This document shows, in pieces, positions 18,153 through 27,659 of a stretch of 51,143 bases of DNA. The stretch is from the IMG/VR virus record IMGVR_UViG_3300014656_000038, positions 1 to 51,143 of that record. The stretch is one strand, 5' to 3'. The notes under the pieces were generated by a model. It made no database searches. It was given only the letters and a program-made list of their open reading frames with translations, and was not told the DNA's origin. This DNA comes from a virus (taxonomy: Duplodnaviria > Caudoviricetes). Each line of letters starts with the position of its first letter. Position 1 is the first letter of the stretch. A program made the position numbers and the translations under genes.

Positions 18153-19464
18153 TTTAAAGGAATATGAAAATAATCCAAGAAACAATGAAGATGCAGTAGA
18201 AGCTGTAGCAAACTCTATAAACGAGTTTGGGTTTAAGGTTCCTATCATCATCGATAGTAATAATATCATCATAGCAGGACATACAAGATATAAAGCAAGT
18301 CATCGGTTAGGACTTTTAGAAGTACCATGTATAATTGCTGATGATCTAACCGAAGAGCAAATCAGAGCTTTTAGATTGGTTGATAACAAAACGAGTGAAC
18401 TCGCAACCTGGGATATCGAAAAACTTAATGAAGAACTCGCTGATTTAAACTTGGATATGTCTCTTTTTGGATTTGAACACTCGATAGAAGAAAAAAACGA
18501 AGAAACACATGAAGATGAATTTGATATAGACAATGAACTAAATGTTGAACCCTTTAGTCAAATTGGTGACTTGTTTCTACTAGGGCAGCATAGACTACTT
18601 TGTGGTGATTCAACTAAAGAAAGTGATTTCAAAACGCTTTTAGGCAATGAGTTGATTGACCTGGTTGTCACAGATCCACCATACAATGTCGATGTTGGTT
18701 CAAAGGGAGATGTCATTGAAGCATTTGACAACAGACGTATTCTAAATGATCATATGGAAAGTAGTGATTTCATTGTGTTCCTGACTTTAGCATTCACCAA
18801 CACGGAGCATTTCTTAAAAAAAGGTGGTGCAGTATATGTTTTTCATTCATCATCTTCGTTAGTAGAATTTGAGGTTGCACTAAGAACTGTCAATTTAAAG
18901 CCAAGACAACAATTGATATGGAACAAGAATACATTTGTTCTTGGAAGACAAGACTATCAATGGAAACATGAAGCCATCTACTATGCTTTTAAAGAAGGTA
19001 ATGCACATTACTTTGTCAATGACAGAACACAAACAACCGTTATAGATGCACCAATGCTTGATTTTAAATCAATGAAGAAAGAAGAATTGATAACTCTTCT
19101 AGAAGATATGTATGCATCTGCAAAGTATAGTGTTATTAATGAAAATAAACCTGCTAGATGTGATTTGCATCCAACCATGAAACCTATTAATTTAGTTGGT
19201 ACTCTCATCAAAAATTCAAGCCGAAAAGGTGAACTGATTATGGATCCATTTGGTGGAAGTGGTTCAACATTGATTGCATCTAATCAATTGGGAAGAAAAT
19301 GCTATCTTATGGAGTTATCAAGAATCTATGTTGATGTTATTGTGAAAAGATATTTATCTGATGGTGGAAACATTGAAGACTGTCATCTTATTAGAGATGG
19401 GAAAAAATATCCACTTAGTGACTTTGAAGTATTTAATGAAACTGGAGAAGAATATGAAAATTAA
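18124..19464 (+). CDS. ParB-like domain fused to N6A/N4C DNA methyltransferase
   Basis: NNPR, IIAGHTR ParB domain; DPPY, HPTMKP, DPFGGSGST. Confidence 0.92.
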   Translation: MEIIYKKLSDLKEYENNPRNNEDAVEAVANSINEFGFKVPIIIDSNNIIIAGHTRYKASHRLGLLEVPCIIADDLTEEQIRAFRLVDNKTSELATWDIEKLNEELADLNLDMSLFGFEHSIEEKNEETHEDEFDIDNELNVEPFSQIGDLFLLGQHRLLCGDSTKESDFKTLLGNELIDLVVTDPPYNVDVGSKGDVIEAFDNRRILNDHMESSDFIVFLTLAFTNTEHFLKKGGAVYVFHSSSSLVEFEVALRTVNLKPRQQLIWNKNTFVLGRQDYQWKHEAIYYAFKEGNAHYFVNDRTQTTVIDAPMLDFKSMKKEELITLLEDMYASAKYSVINENKPARCDLHPTMKPINLVGTLIKNSSRKGELIMDPFGGSGSTLIASNQLGRKCYLMELSRIYVDVIVKRYLSDGGNIEDCHLIRDGKKYPLSDFEVFNETGEEYEN

Positions 19465-20572
19465 AACAAGTGAAGCAGTGTTCCGTGCTCATCCGGATAA
19501 AGTATGTGATCAAGTATCGGATGGGATTCTAGATGCTATTTTATCTAAAGATAAAGATTCAAGGGTGGCAATCGAATGTTTAATCAAAGACAATTTTCTT
19601 GTTGTGGCAGGTGAGGTCACAACTACGAATCAAATTGACTACGAACATGCAGCAAAAGAAGTTTTGAGTCATATTGGTTTAGAGGCTGATGAATTTGAAG
19701 TCTTAGTTAAGGTTTCAGAACAATCTAAAGACATAGGTCAAGGTGTCGACAAACTTGGTGCAGGAGACCAGGGTATCATGTATGGCTACGCAACAAATGA
19801 AACGAAAGAGTTTTTACCATTACCCTATGTGATAGCAAGAAACATTGCTAGAAGTATGGATATAGTAAACCGTGAAAATTCTGAAATATTCGGTCTTGAT
19901 GGAAAATGCCAAGTTAGTATTGTCTATGAAAATGATAAACCAAAACATGTCTCAACTATTGTTGTGAGTGCTCAAACAAAACCAGGAGTAGATAGATTAG
20001 TATATGAACAATATATTCATGATGTTATTGAAGAAGTTGTGCCATCAGATTTAACGGACATCAATACCTTAATCCTAATCAATCCAACGGGAGAGTTTGT
20101 CAAAGGTGGTTCATATGCTGATAGTGGTGTTACCGGTAGAAAACTGCAGATTGACACTTATGGAACAATTATCCCTCATGGTGGTGGGGCGTTCTCTGGA
20201 AAAGATTATACGAAAGTCGATAGAAGTGGTGCTTACTTTTGCAGATATGTTGCAAAGGCAATCGTTAAAGCTGGAATTGCAAATTCTTGTGAAGTCACTG
20301 TTGCATATGCAATTGGAGTACCATTTCCAGTTGCAATAGATGTCAAAGGCATTGAGAGTACATTTAGTGATGATAAATTAAGAACCATCGTAAACCGATT
20401 TTTTGATTTTTCTCCATCAAACATCATCAAGGAACTGAAACTGAAGAAACAAACATATCAGTCACTTGCAGAGTATGGTCACTTTGGCTATTTATATTAT
20501 CCTTGGGAAACCATAAGTGATGATTTAATTAAGGAAATTAAGAAAGAAGCATATGGCAAGAAAATCTATTAA
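19454..20572 (+). CDS. metK: S-adenosylmethionine synthetase
   Basis: HPDKVCDQVSD, GAGDQG, DGKCQV, GGGAFSGKD, KVDRSGAY. Confidence 0.95.
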   Translation: MKIKTSEAVFRAHPDKVCDQVSDGILDAILSKDKDSRVAIECLIKDNFLVVAGEVTTTNQIDYEHAAKEVLSHIGLEADEFEVLVKVSEQSKDIGQGVDKLGAGDQGIMYGYATNETKEFLPLPYVIARNIARSMDIVNRENSEIFGLDGKCQVSIVYENDKPKHVSTIVVSAQTKPGVDRLVYEQYIHDVIEEVVPSDLTDINTLILINPTGEFVKGGSYADSGVTGRKLQIDTYGTIIPHGGGAFSGKDYTKVDRSGAYFCRYVAKAIVKAGIANSCEVTVAYAIGVPFPVAIDVKGIESTFSDDKLRTIVNRFFDFSPSNIIKELKLKKQTYQSLAEYGHFGYLYYPWETISDDLIKEIKKEAYGKKIY

Positions 20573-20837
20573 ACCATTCTATGATTCAAAGGAATGGAAA
20601 AATGTTCGTAATCAAAAAATGTTGTCTGTAAATTACAGATGCGAAAAATGTGATGGTGTAGCAGAAGAGGTTCACCATATTATAGAACTTAATGAGAGTA
20701 ATATTTCGAATCCAATCGTTACTTTAAATACCGATAATTTAGTGGCACTATGCAGAGTGTGTCACAATAAGGAACATGGAAGATTCAAGAAATCAAACAT
20801 AAAATTTGATAAGAAGGGAAATATGATAAAATATTAG
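20553..20837 (+). CDS. HNH endonuclease (cos-phage terminase cofactor type)
   Basis: FYDSKEW, CEKC, VHHI, NLVALCRVCHNKEH. Confidence 0.9.
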   Translation: MARKSIKPFYDSKEWKNVRNQKMLSVNYRCEKCDGVAEEVHHIIELNESNISNPIVTLNTDNLVALCRVCHNKEHGRFKKSNIKFDKKGNMIKY

Positions 20838-20859
20838 GCATTCATACAGTATAATAATT

Positions 20860-21969
20860 ATGAATGGATGTGATATTATGAATCAATTTAAGAATCCTTT
20901 TTCCTTCACACAAATACTTCTTACTTATTTTAAAAGGCATTTTTACAAGATAATTGTGCCTTGGATTATACTGAGTATAATTGTATTTGGCACAAGTTTC
21001 AGTAAATCCGTATCTGACAATACAAGTTTTGAATGGGGCAACTTTGTATTAGGTAGTTTAGTCGTTTTTGGAATATTTTATTTTTTATATATGCTAGTTT
21101 TTGTTGCTTATTACCTTGCGACAATATATCCTCACAAATACCTATTGATTGTAAATTCTCCTTTATTCTTAAAATCTGTATTTGTAGGTATATTGTTATT
21201 AGTCGGTTTGCCTGTAATAATCGGTAATCATAATCTTTCAATTGCTAACTTAGAAAGTATTTTATCATTGAGTTGGTCAATATTCGGTATCTCAGTTACA
21301 TTTGCACTTGTTACTTATTTTCTGGTTATAGAAAAATTATCGAGTGAAAAGTTAGTAGTATCAAAGTTAGGTAAAATCGATCATAACGCCTCAGTAATAT
21401 TAAGCTTATCGACATTTTTCATGCTATCTATTAACGTGTTTTTACTGTCATGGGCATCACTGGACGTATTTCTACTTAATAGAGAAGCTAGTAGATTTAA
21501 TGAAATAATTTCTCAAACTACATTCTGGTTTGCTATTAATGTTGTAGCTTCAACCACTTATGATTTTATTGCTCATCTTAAGAAAAAGAAGAGAGAGATC
21601 GAGTTTGCATCTACTGAAATTGCATTAGAAAAGAATGAAATTGAAGAGAGTTCCAAAGAATTTACAAGAATTAGAAAGCAACTGAAACAATTTGGTTCAA
21701 CTTATAAAATTATGATTAAAAAGCGAACTAGAGTCGAAAAAATTCTTAAGCAATCGTCCAAAATTTCAATATATCTCGAGAAATTTGTTTCGAAACTTAC
21801 TGATAGTCCACAATCCATCGATGTACAACAAGCTAATGTTTTTGTAAAGGAATACAAAAAATATGTTCAATTGCGTAATGAGGCTACTGCAATATTAGCT
21901 GATATAGAAAAATTTCAAACTGAGTTTGATAAGTTTCAAGAATCAATCCCCCCCCAGTCAAATGATTAA
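20860..21969 (+). CDS. Multi-pass membrane protein with C-terminal coiled coil (moron)
   Basis: About six hydrophobic segments then charged helical tail. Confidence 0.75.
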   Translation: MNGCDIMNQFKNPFSFTQILLTYFKRHFYKIIVPWIILSIIVFGTSFSKSVSDNTSFEWGNFVLGSLVVFGIFYFLYMLVFVAYYLATIYPHKYLLIVNSPLFLKSVFVGILLLVGLPVIIGNHNLSIANLESILSLSWSIFGISVTFALVTYFLVIEKLSSEKLVVSKLGKIDHNASVILSLSTFFMLSINVFLLSWASLDVFLLNREASRFNEIISQTTFWFAINVVASTTYDFIAHLKKKKREIEFASTEIALEKNEIEESSKEFTRIRKQLKQFGSTYKIMIKKRTRVEKILKQSSKISIYLEKFVSKLTDSPQSIDVQQANVFVKEYKKYVQLRNEATAILADIEKFQTEFDKFQESIPPQSND

Positions 21970-22020
21970 TTTGATATTATACCGACCGCAAGCCCCACAT
22001 CTAAAATACGTGACCCTAAT
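21945..22020. other. Putative cos-site region
   Basis: C-run plus GC-rich ACCGACCGCAAGCCCCAC between HNH and TerS, the usual cos location; positional inference. Confidence 0.4.
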
Positions 22021-22026
22021 TTATGA

Positions 22027-22057
22027 AAATCTCAGATTTGATTCTGAGATTTTTTTA
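22027..22057 (+). terminator. Intrinsic terminator
   Basis: AAAATCTCAGA-TTTGAT-TCTGAGATTTTTTT. Confidence 0.65.
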
Positions 22058-22110
22058 CGTTTTGAGACCAAACACTTTCACCCCCTACACGCGCGTAGAA
22101 CATTTTTAGA

Positions 22111-22159
22111 ACAAGTCTTCAGTTTGACCCCCAAATATTTAGCGATTACTTGATAGAAT
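22111..22159 (+). promoter_or_regulatory. Phage-specific promoter motif copy 3
   Basis: ACAAGTCTTCAGTTTGACCCCCAAATA...GATAGAAT. Confidence 0.75.
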
Positions 22160-22164
22160 CAAAA

Positions 22165-22342
22165 CAAGATAGAAATATCTAAAGTCGAAACGGAAACGAC
22201 ACTCATTGATTTTGACCCCTTAAACAAGGTGATCCTGATATGAGATTACGTTACTGGTTTCGCTTCTCCTCCATCTTGAAAGACTACAAATCACTTGATG
22301 GAGGTTCGCTTATACCGGTTGAATATTTCTCTATTCACTGGA
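22165..22342 (+). ncRNA. Candidate structured RNA or long leader
   Basis: Consecutive hairpins, some with GAAA tetraloops, starting at the predicted transcription start; no ORF. Confidence 0.4.
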
Positions 22343-22415
22343 TATTTAAATTCTTTGTGGTATTTGTATTGTTAGATACAAAGTATCTATAAAGTGAAAG
22401 TAGGAGAAACGAACT

Positions 22416-22829
22416 ATGAATAGATGTTCAATCTGCAATAAAACATTCACAGGACATGGGAATAACCCATCACCATTTAATGGAGAAAAATGTTGTGATG
22501 AATGCAATCGAAACTATGTTGTACCATTAAGAATTTATCAGATCACTAAAGAACCAAAGAACGCAGTTTTATTCAAAGAAGATGGAACCGTAACAACGAT
22601 TACACCAAAAGATGGATACTTCACACTGGATGAACTTCAAAGCCTTATTGAGGGCTATATTGAACTCTATCCTGCAAGATATTTGAATCACTATATAGTG
22701 TGTGATGAAGAAGGACTTCTTAAGCGAAGAAAAAGAAACGAGTCATTCCGTCAACTAACTGGTATTGGATTATTAGGCAATGTTCTATTATGTCCAGAAA
22801 GAATATTTGAGGTACCAAATTATGAGTAA
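22416..22829 (+). CDS. Zn-finger + DUF3846-like protein
   Basis: CSIC...CCDECN; LDELQSLIEGYIE...CDEEG...GNVL. Confidence 0.7.
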   Translation: MNRCSICNKTFTGHGNNPSPFNGEKCCDECNRNYVVPLRIYQITKEPKNAVLFKEDGTVTTITPKDGYFTLDELQSLIEGYIELYPARYLNHYIVCDEEGLLKRRKRNESFRQLTGIGLLGNVLLCPERIFEVPNYE

Positions 22830-23157
22830 ACTAAATTGTGTCTATGAAGAGTACATAAGGCTTTCAAGCCTTTTTGCTTTGGATAGTCTAGACTCAGGAA
22901 AAAGAACCCTGGTTGAAGAATTGCTTCAACAGGCAGCATTCATGAAAATGGAACTCGAAATATTAAAAGAACAGATACATAAATATGGTGCTGTTCAAGT
23001 ATCAACAAGTGGAAAACAACGCCAAAGCGAACCAGCAAAATACTATACGAAACTGATGTCTTCATTCTCATCTACGTTAAAAACTATTAGTGCAATAATG
23101 GGTAAAAATAGCGGTGAAGAAGATGATGAACTTGATAACTTCCTAAAGGGTTTATGA
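22822..23157 (+). CDS. Terminase small subunit (P27-like)
   Basis: AAFM...L...I...G...Q...PA..Y; DDELDNFL end; overlaps TerL start. Confidence 0.8.
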   Translation: MSKLNCVYEEYIRLSSLFALDSLDSGKRTLVEELLQQAAFMKMELEILKEQIHKYGAVQVSTSGKQRQSEPAKYYTKLMSSFSSTLKTISAIMGKNSGEEDDELDNFLKGL

Positions 23158-24791
23158 ACTATCTCTTAGATTACTATGAAGAGATTAAGAATGGGAGCAT
23201 CCTGGTTGGCCAAGAACTGAGGTCAGTCTTGGACCAACTTGTTTTAGATCTAGATAATCCTAAGTTCATATTCGACTTACACGCAGGAGATATTAGAATC
23301 CGTTTTATTGAGTCATTCTGCAAGCATACGAAATCGCCATTCAATGGACACCCATTTCTTTTAGAACTTTGGGAGAAAGCATTACTACAAACTGCATATG
23401 GCTTTAAGTATGCTGATACTGGATTTAGAAGATTCAATGAAGTCATTTTGTTAATCGCTCGAAAGAATGGAAAAACTACATTTGTTGCTGGAATCGACTT
23501 GGCTGAATTTTTCTTGTCACGAGGTGGTGTTGATATTGTTTGTGCCAGTAATACCTCAGACCAGGCAAGTATCTTATTTGAAGAAATCAATAATATGCGT
23601 GAGGGTTCAAAAGCACTATCAAGCGAAAAGAGAAGCAAGAAGAATATATTCTACATATACTCACCCAAAACAAAAAACAAAATTAAGAAACTATCAGCTC
23701 AATCTAGAAATAAAGATGGATACAACATCGAAGTCGGTTGTATCGATGAAGTCCATGAGATGACAGACTCAAAAGTTTATGATGCTATCAAACAAAGCCA
23801 GTCGACTAAAAAAGAACCACTCATCTTCATTATCACAACTGAAGGTACAGTGACAGAAGGATTCCTTGATAAGAAACTTCAATACTGTAGAAAAATGATT
23901 AAAGGTGAGATAGAGGATGAGAAACTATTAGCTTGGTTATACACCCAAGATTCACAAGATGAGATTTATACAAATAAGAAGACATGGCAAAAATCAAACC
24001 CTTCATTAGGTAGTATCAAACTCAATAGTTATCTTGAAGATATCATGAACAAGTCTAGAAATGACTTATCAACTCGAGTTACAATGCTTTGTAAGGACTT
24101 CAACATAAAGCAAACTGAATCCGGTTCTTGGCTAACCTTCTCAGATTTAAACAATGAAGTCAAGCATACGATATCTTTGAAAAACACATATGCTATTGGT
24201 GCTGTTGACTTGTCAAATACTACAGATTTGACTTGTGCATTGTTACTTATTCAAAAAGATAATACAAAGTATATCCTTCCACATTTCTTTATGCCAAAAG
24301 ATGTTATGCTCAAGAGAATTGAAGAAGACTCAGTTCCATATGACCTTTGGCATCAACAAGGATTCATCACACTTACAGATGGAAATCAAAATGATTTTTC
24401 GCTAGTCACTAAATGGTTTCTTGAGAGAGTCCAAAAGGATGGTATAAGACCATTGTGGGTTGGATATGATCCTTGGAATGCACTCTACTGGGTCAAGGAA
24501 ATGGAAGAAATGGGATTTACCATGGAAAAAGTAAGACAAGGTGTTTATACATTGTCAGAACCCATGAAGCAATTGGAAGCTGATTTAAAGAACAAGATTG
24601 TTAACTATAACAACAATCCAATCTTAAAATGGAATCTAGCAAATACTCAAGCAAAAATTGATATTAATGGAAATATACAACCAAGTAAATTGAGTAGTAA
24701 GTTCCGCAGAATTGATGGTACAGTTGCTTTGATTATTGCTTATGCAGTACTAAATCGATATAGAATCGAATATGAACAGATGGTGAGATAA
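23154..24791 (+). CDS. Terminase large subunit
   Basis: ARKNGKT, IDEVHE, ITTEG, AVDLS, YDPW, RIDG. Confidence 0.95.
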   Translation: MNYLLDYYEEIKNGSILVGQELRSVLDQLVLDLDNPKFIFDLHAGDIRIRFIESFCKHTKSPFNGHPFLLELWEKALLQTAYGFKYADTGFRRFNEVILLIARKNGKTTFVAGIDLAEFFLSRGGVDIVCASNTSDQASILFEEINNMREGSKALSSEKRSKKNIFYIYSPKTKNKIKKLSAQSRNKDGYNIEVGCIDEVHEMTDSKVYDAIKQSQSTKKEPLIFIITTEGTVTEGFLDKKLQYCRKMIKGEIEDEKLLAWLYTQDSQDEIYTNKKTWQKSNPSLGSIKLNSYLEDIMNKSRNDLSTRVTMLCKDFNIKQTESGSWLTFSDLNNEVKHTISLKNTYAIGAVDLSNTTDLTCALLLIQKDNTKYILPHFFMPKDVMLKRIEEDSVPYDLWHQQGFITLTDGNQNDFSLVTKWFLERVQKDGIRPLWVGYDPWNALYWVKEMEEMGFTMEKVRQGVYTLSEPMKQLEADLKNKIVNYNNNPILKWNLANTQAKIDINGNIQPSKLSSKFRRIDGTVALIIAYAVLNRYRIEYEQMVR

Positions 24792-25972
24792 TGGGTGTCT
24801 TCAATCGTAAGAAAACAAAAGATTTATCACAATCAATTTTATCAGTGAATGTCGCTGAGATTTTTAGTGACTTTGGTTCGAATATCCTAAACTCTGACAC
24901 AGTGAAGATATGTATTGATTGCATAGCAAGTCATGCATCAAAATTGAAACCTAGACACATTAAAGAATCAAAGACCCTTGTAGAAGAACAAAAGGGTTCT
25001 TTGTCATACTTGTTAAAACACCAACCAAATGAGTTAATGAGTCCAAGTGATTTTATTTATAAGATTGTGTCTTTGTTATATCTCAACAATAATGTCTTTA
25101 TCTATCCGAAATTTAACGATCGTAACGAAATGGAGGCACTATACCCAATTAAACCAAATACCGTTGAAGTTAAGAAAGATGCGAGCGGAGCAACTTATCT
25201 AGAAATGTATTTTGATGATGGAAAGAGTTATCTCATTTCATACGATTCACTCATTCATTTGAAAAGATACTTTTATAGTAACGAAATATTCGGTGGGAAT
25301 GGAGCGATTGCAGATCATAGAGCTGTACTCAAAACGATTGCAATTAATGATTCAATTCTGCAAGGTATTGATAATGCAATAAAATCGTCATTCCAAATTA
25401 AAGGGTTACTCAAAATGAATGCAATGCTATCTCAAGAGGATAAGAATAAGCAAAAAGAAATCTTTGATAATGCGCTAAGAACAAGCATTAAGGAAAATAA
25501 CTCAGCGATTATCCCTGTAGACTTAAAAGCTGATTACGTTCCTCTTTCTAGTGATCCTAAACTTGTGGATGCAGCAACACTAGATTTCCTCAATAAAAAA
25601 ATTCTTTCTTATTTCCGAGTGTCAGAACCAATTTACAACAACAACTATACCGAAGAACAATTTAACTCTTTTTATGAAGGAACAATTGAACAATTATCCA
25701 TTAAACTATCTGAAGAGTTTTCTAGAATCCTATTATCAAGAAAGCAAAAGGAAGATGGAGAGCAAATTATCTTTTACAGTGAGAGATTACAATATGCATC
25801 CTGGAATACCAAAGTCAATGCAATAGAAAAACTCATGGGACTAGGTCTCATGAGTTTGAATGAATCAAGATCATTACTGGGGCTTGAACCAGTTGAAGAT
25901 GGCAATAAACGACTTCAAAGTTTAAATTATGTTGATTCAACAAAAGCAAATGACTATCAGGTTGGTAAATAA
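24791..25972 (+). CDS. Portal protein (HK97 type)
   Basis: PNELMS..DF, IHLK, MSLNESRSLLGLEP; follows TerL. Confidence 0.92.
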   Translation: MGVFNRKKTKDLSQSILSVNVAEIFSDFGSNILNSDTVKICIDCIASHASKLKPRHIKESKTLVEEQKGSLSYLLKHQPNELMSPSDFIYKIVSLLYLNNNVFIYPKFNDRNEMEALYPIKPNTVEVKKDASGATYLEMYFDDGKSYLISYDSLIHLKRYFYSNEIFGGNGAIADHRAVLKTIAINDSILQGIDNAIKSSFQIKGLLKMNAMLSQEDKNKQKEIFDNALRTSIKENNSAIIPVDLKADYVPLSSDPKLVDAATLDFLNKKILSYFRVSEPIYNNNYTEEQFNSFYEGTIEQLSIKLSEEFSRILLSRKQKEDGEQIIFYSERLQYASWNTKVNAIEKLMGLGLMSLNESRSLLGLEPVEDGNKRLQSLNYVDSTKANDYQVGK

Positions 25973-25984
25973 CCTAACTAATGA

Positions 25985-26227
25985 CTACACTCTTTTTCGT
26001 ATAGTATCAATGTCATCTTGGTTAATCCATTCGAACGTTTCATTTAATTTACCTAAAAGGATGTAACTGTCTGCAGGCTCTTTTATTTTCTTTATAACAT
26101 GAACAATAGTATGTATTCTATCATGATGAGGTAAATTATCTATTGCATCGCGAATATCTGACGAAAATACATCTTTTCCAGATTTGTAATAATGTATGGC
26201 TTTATTAATTATTTCTTCTTGTTTCAT
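25985..26227 (-). CDS. Hypothetical moron protein
   Basis: Own TGATATAAT promoter and AAGGGG RBS. Confidence 0.7.
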   Translation of the reverse strand: MKQEEIINKAIHYYKSGKDVFSSDIRDAIDNLPHHDRIHTIVHVIKKIKEPADSYILLGKLNETFEWINQDDIDTIRKRV

Positions 26228-26313
26228 ATTGAATCAACCCCTTTATTTAATATTATATCAACAAATATCTATTGTAATCCGTTAATGTCTAGACTATATT
26301 GTATATTTGAAGA

Positions 26314-27555
26314 TTAGATTTCTGGAACGAACAAATCAATTGAATCAAATTTTGTACTTGAAATACCATTTAGTATAGAAGATATATTGTTTGTTAAATC
26401 TACTAATTCGTTGATGACTAGTGTAAGTTCACTTTTTGTAAATTCTGTCTCATACATTATTATAGACATACCATTGCTATCTTTTATAGTGATAATATTT
26501 CTCTTATAATTTGTCAAATGAACCATGATCTTATCTCTAGACAACTTAAACCTTTTTATCAGTAAATTATTGTCCTTTTTAAAACTAAAAAATCTATTCT
26601 TTATGAGATTAAGTTTCAGGTTAATTTCTGGATCCAAAGTATCTGATGATTTTTTGAAGAATCCTCCGAATGTGATGTCATCTCCTTCATTTGTTGAACT
26701 GTTCCACAACTCAGAGATGAGTATTAATGAATAATAATGAGCTGCACTAACAAATAGTTTTTTCTGGTTGTTAGTGAAAAAGTCAACATTCTCCCTGTAA
26801 TAATTAATTTTTTCACAAAAAATGTTAACAACCCAACTAACAGAAAACCAAAGTTCATTAAAATACTTAGTTATAGAATCAACTGTTTCTCTTGATGCTA
26901 TTTTAGTTTCATTCCTAAAAATCAACTCTTTGGGGGAACAATTTAACAATTTTGATAACTTAATAATTTGAGAAAAAGTTAGTGCATCATAGTTTTTAAT
27001 GTGCATATTAAAATCATCAACAGTCATTTCAAAAGATTCAGCCAGTATTTCTCTTTTCATGTTTAATCTAGATAACGCAGAAGTAATACTGAATTCGAAA
27101 CTAGTACTTTTGATATTACCTGAATCCATTAAAGCATCTTCTAAGTATTTAACATCCAAATTGTGTTCTGAATATGCATCACGAATCACTTGCTCATACT
27201 CTTTAGACACATACATCTTGTCAGTTTTTAAAGACTTCTTATATTCTGTCATCAAATAAGTCGTTGCTTCAACTCCATCATTCAGCAGGAGAATAATTTT
27301 CTCATAATGCTTAGGGAACCCTTCTGATTTATCCAGAAGGAGTTCATCTTGCTCGTCAATAAGCCACAACACATAAGGTAATTTTGAATGTCTTTGTTCA
27401 ATAATGTTTGCCACTAGACTATTTCTTGTATTTGAATATCCATCAAATACAAGTTTGTAATCTTCCAAGTAACCAGTAGAAAGAAATGTTGGATTATCAC
27501 ATCTTGCATACATTTGATTTACATTCATATTGGAACCATAAGCTAAATAAATCAA
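26314..27555 (-). CDS. Gamma-glutamylcyclotransferase-like + HTH + HEPN(AbiU2-like) fusion
   Basis: YLAYGSNM...LDKSEG..Y GGCT fold; central IIKLSKLLNCSPKELI XRE-like; C-terminal RDKIMVH Rx5H motif. Confidence 0.7.
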   Translation of the reverse strand: MIYLAYGSNMNVNQMYARCDNPTFLSTGYLEDYKLVFDGYSNTRNSLVANIIEQRHSKLPYVLWLIDEQDELLLDKSEGFPKHYEKIILLLNDGVEATTYLMTEYKKSLKTDKMYVSKEYEQVIRDAYSEHNLDVKYLEDALMDSGNIKSTSFEFSITSALSRLNMKREILAESFEMTVDDFNMHIKNYDALTFSQIIKLSKLLNCSPKELIFRNETKIASRETVDSITKYFNELWFSVSWVVNIFCEKINYYRENVDFFTNNQKKLFVSAAHYYSLILISELWNSSTNEGDDITFGGFFKKSSDTLDPEINLKLNLIKNRFFSFKKDNNLLIKRFKLSRDKIMVHLTNYKRNIITIKDSNGMSIIMYETEFTKSELTLVINELVDLTNNISSILNGISSTKFDSIDLFVPEI

Positions 27556-27586
27556 TCATATCAACCCCTTTAGTAAAATTATATCA

Positions 27587-27635
27587 ACAAGTCTTCAGTT
27601 TGACCCCCAAATATTTGAAACTCTTTCGATACAAT
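27587..27635 (+). promoter_or_regulatory. Phage-specific promoter motif copy 4 (head/tail operon)
   Basis: ACAAGTCTTCAGTTTGACCCCCAAATA...GATACAAT. Confidence 0.75.
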
Positions 27636-27659
27636 TGATATATCGAAGGAGTTTTTATT

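Noticed and set aside
21926-22153. 75-aa ORF over cos/terminator/promoter region
   Set aside because: No RBS; region explained by regulatory sequence
22180-22245. Hammerhead ribozyme (CGAAAC and CTGAT words)
   Set aside because: Core reads CTGATATGA not CTGAnGA and GAC replaces the GUH cleavage triplet
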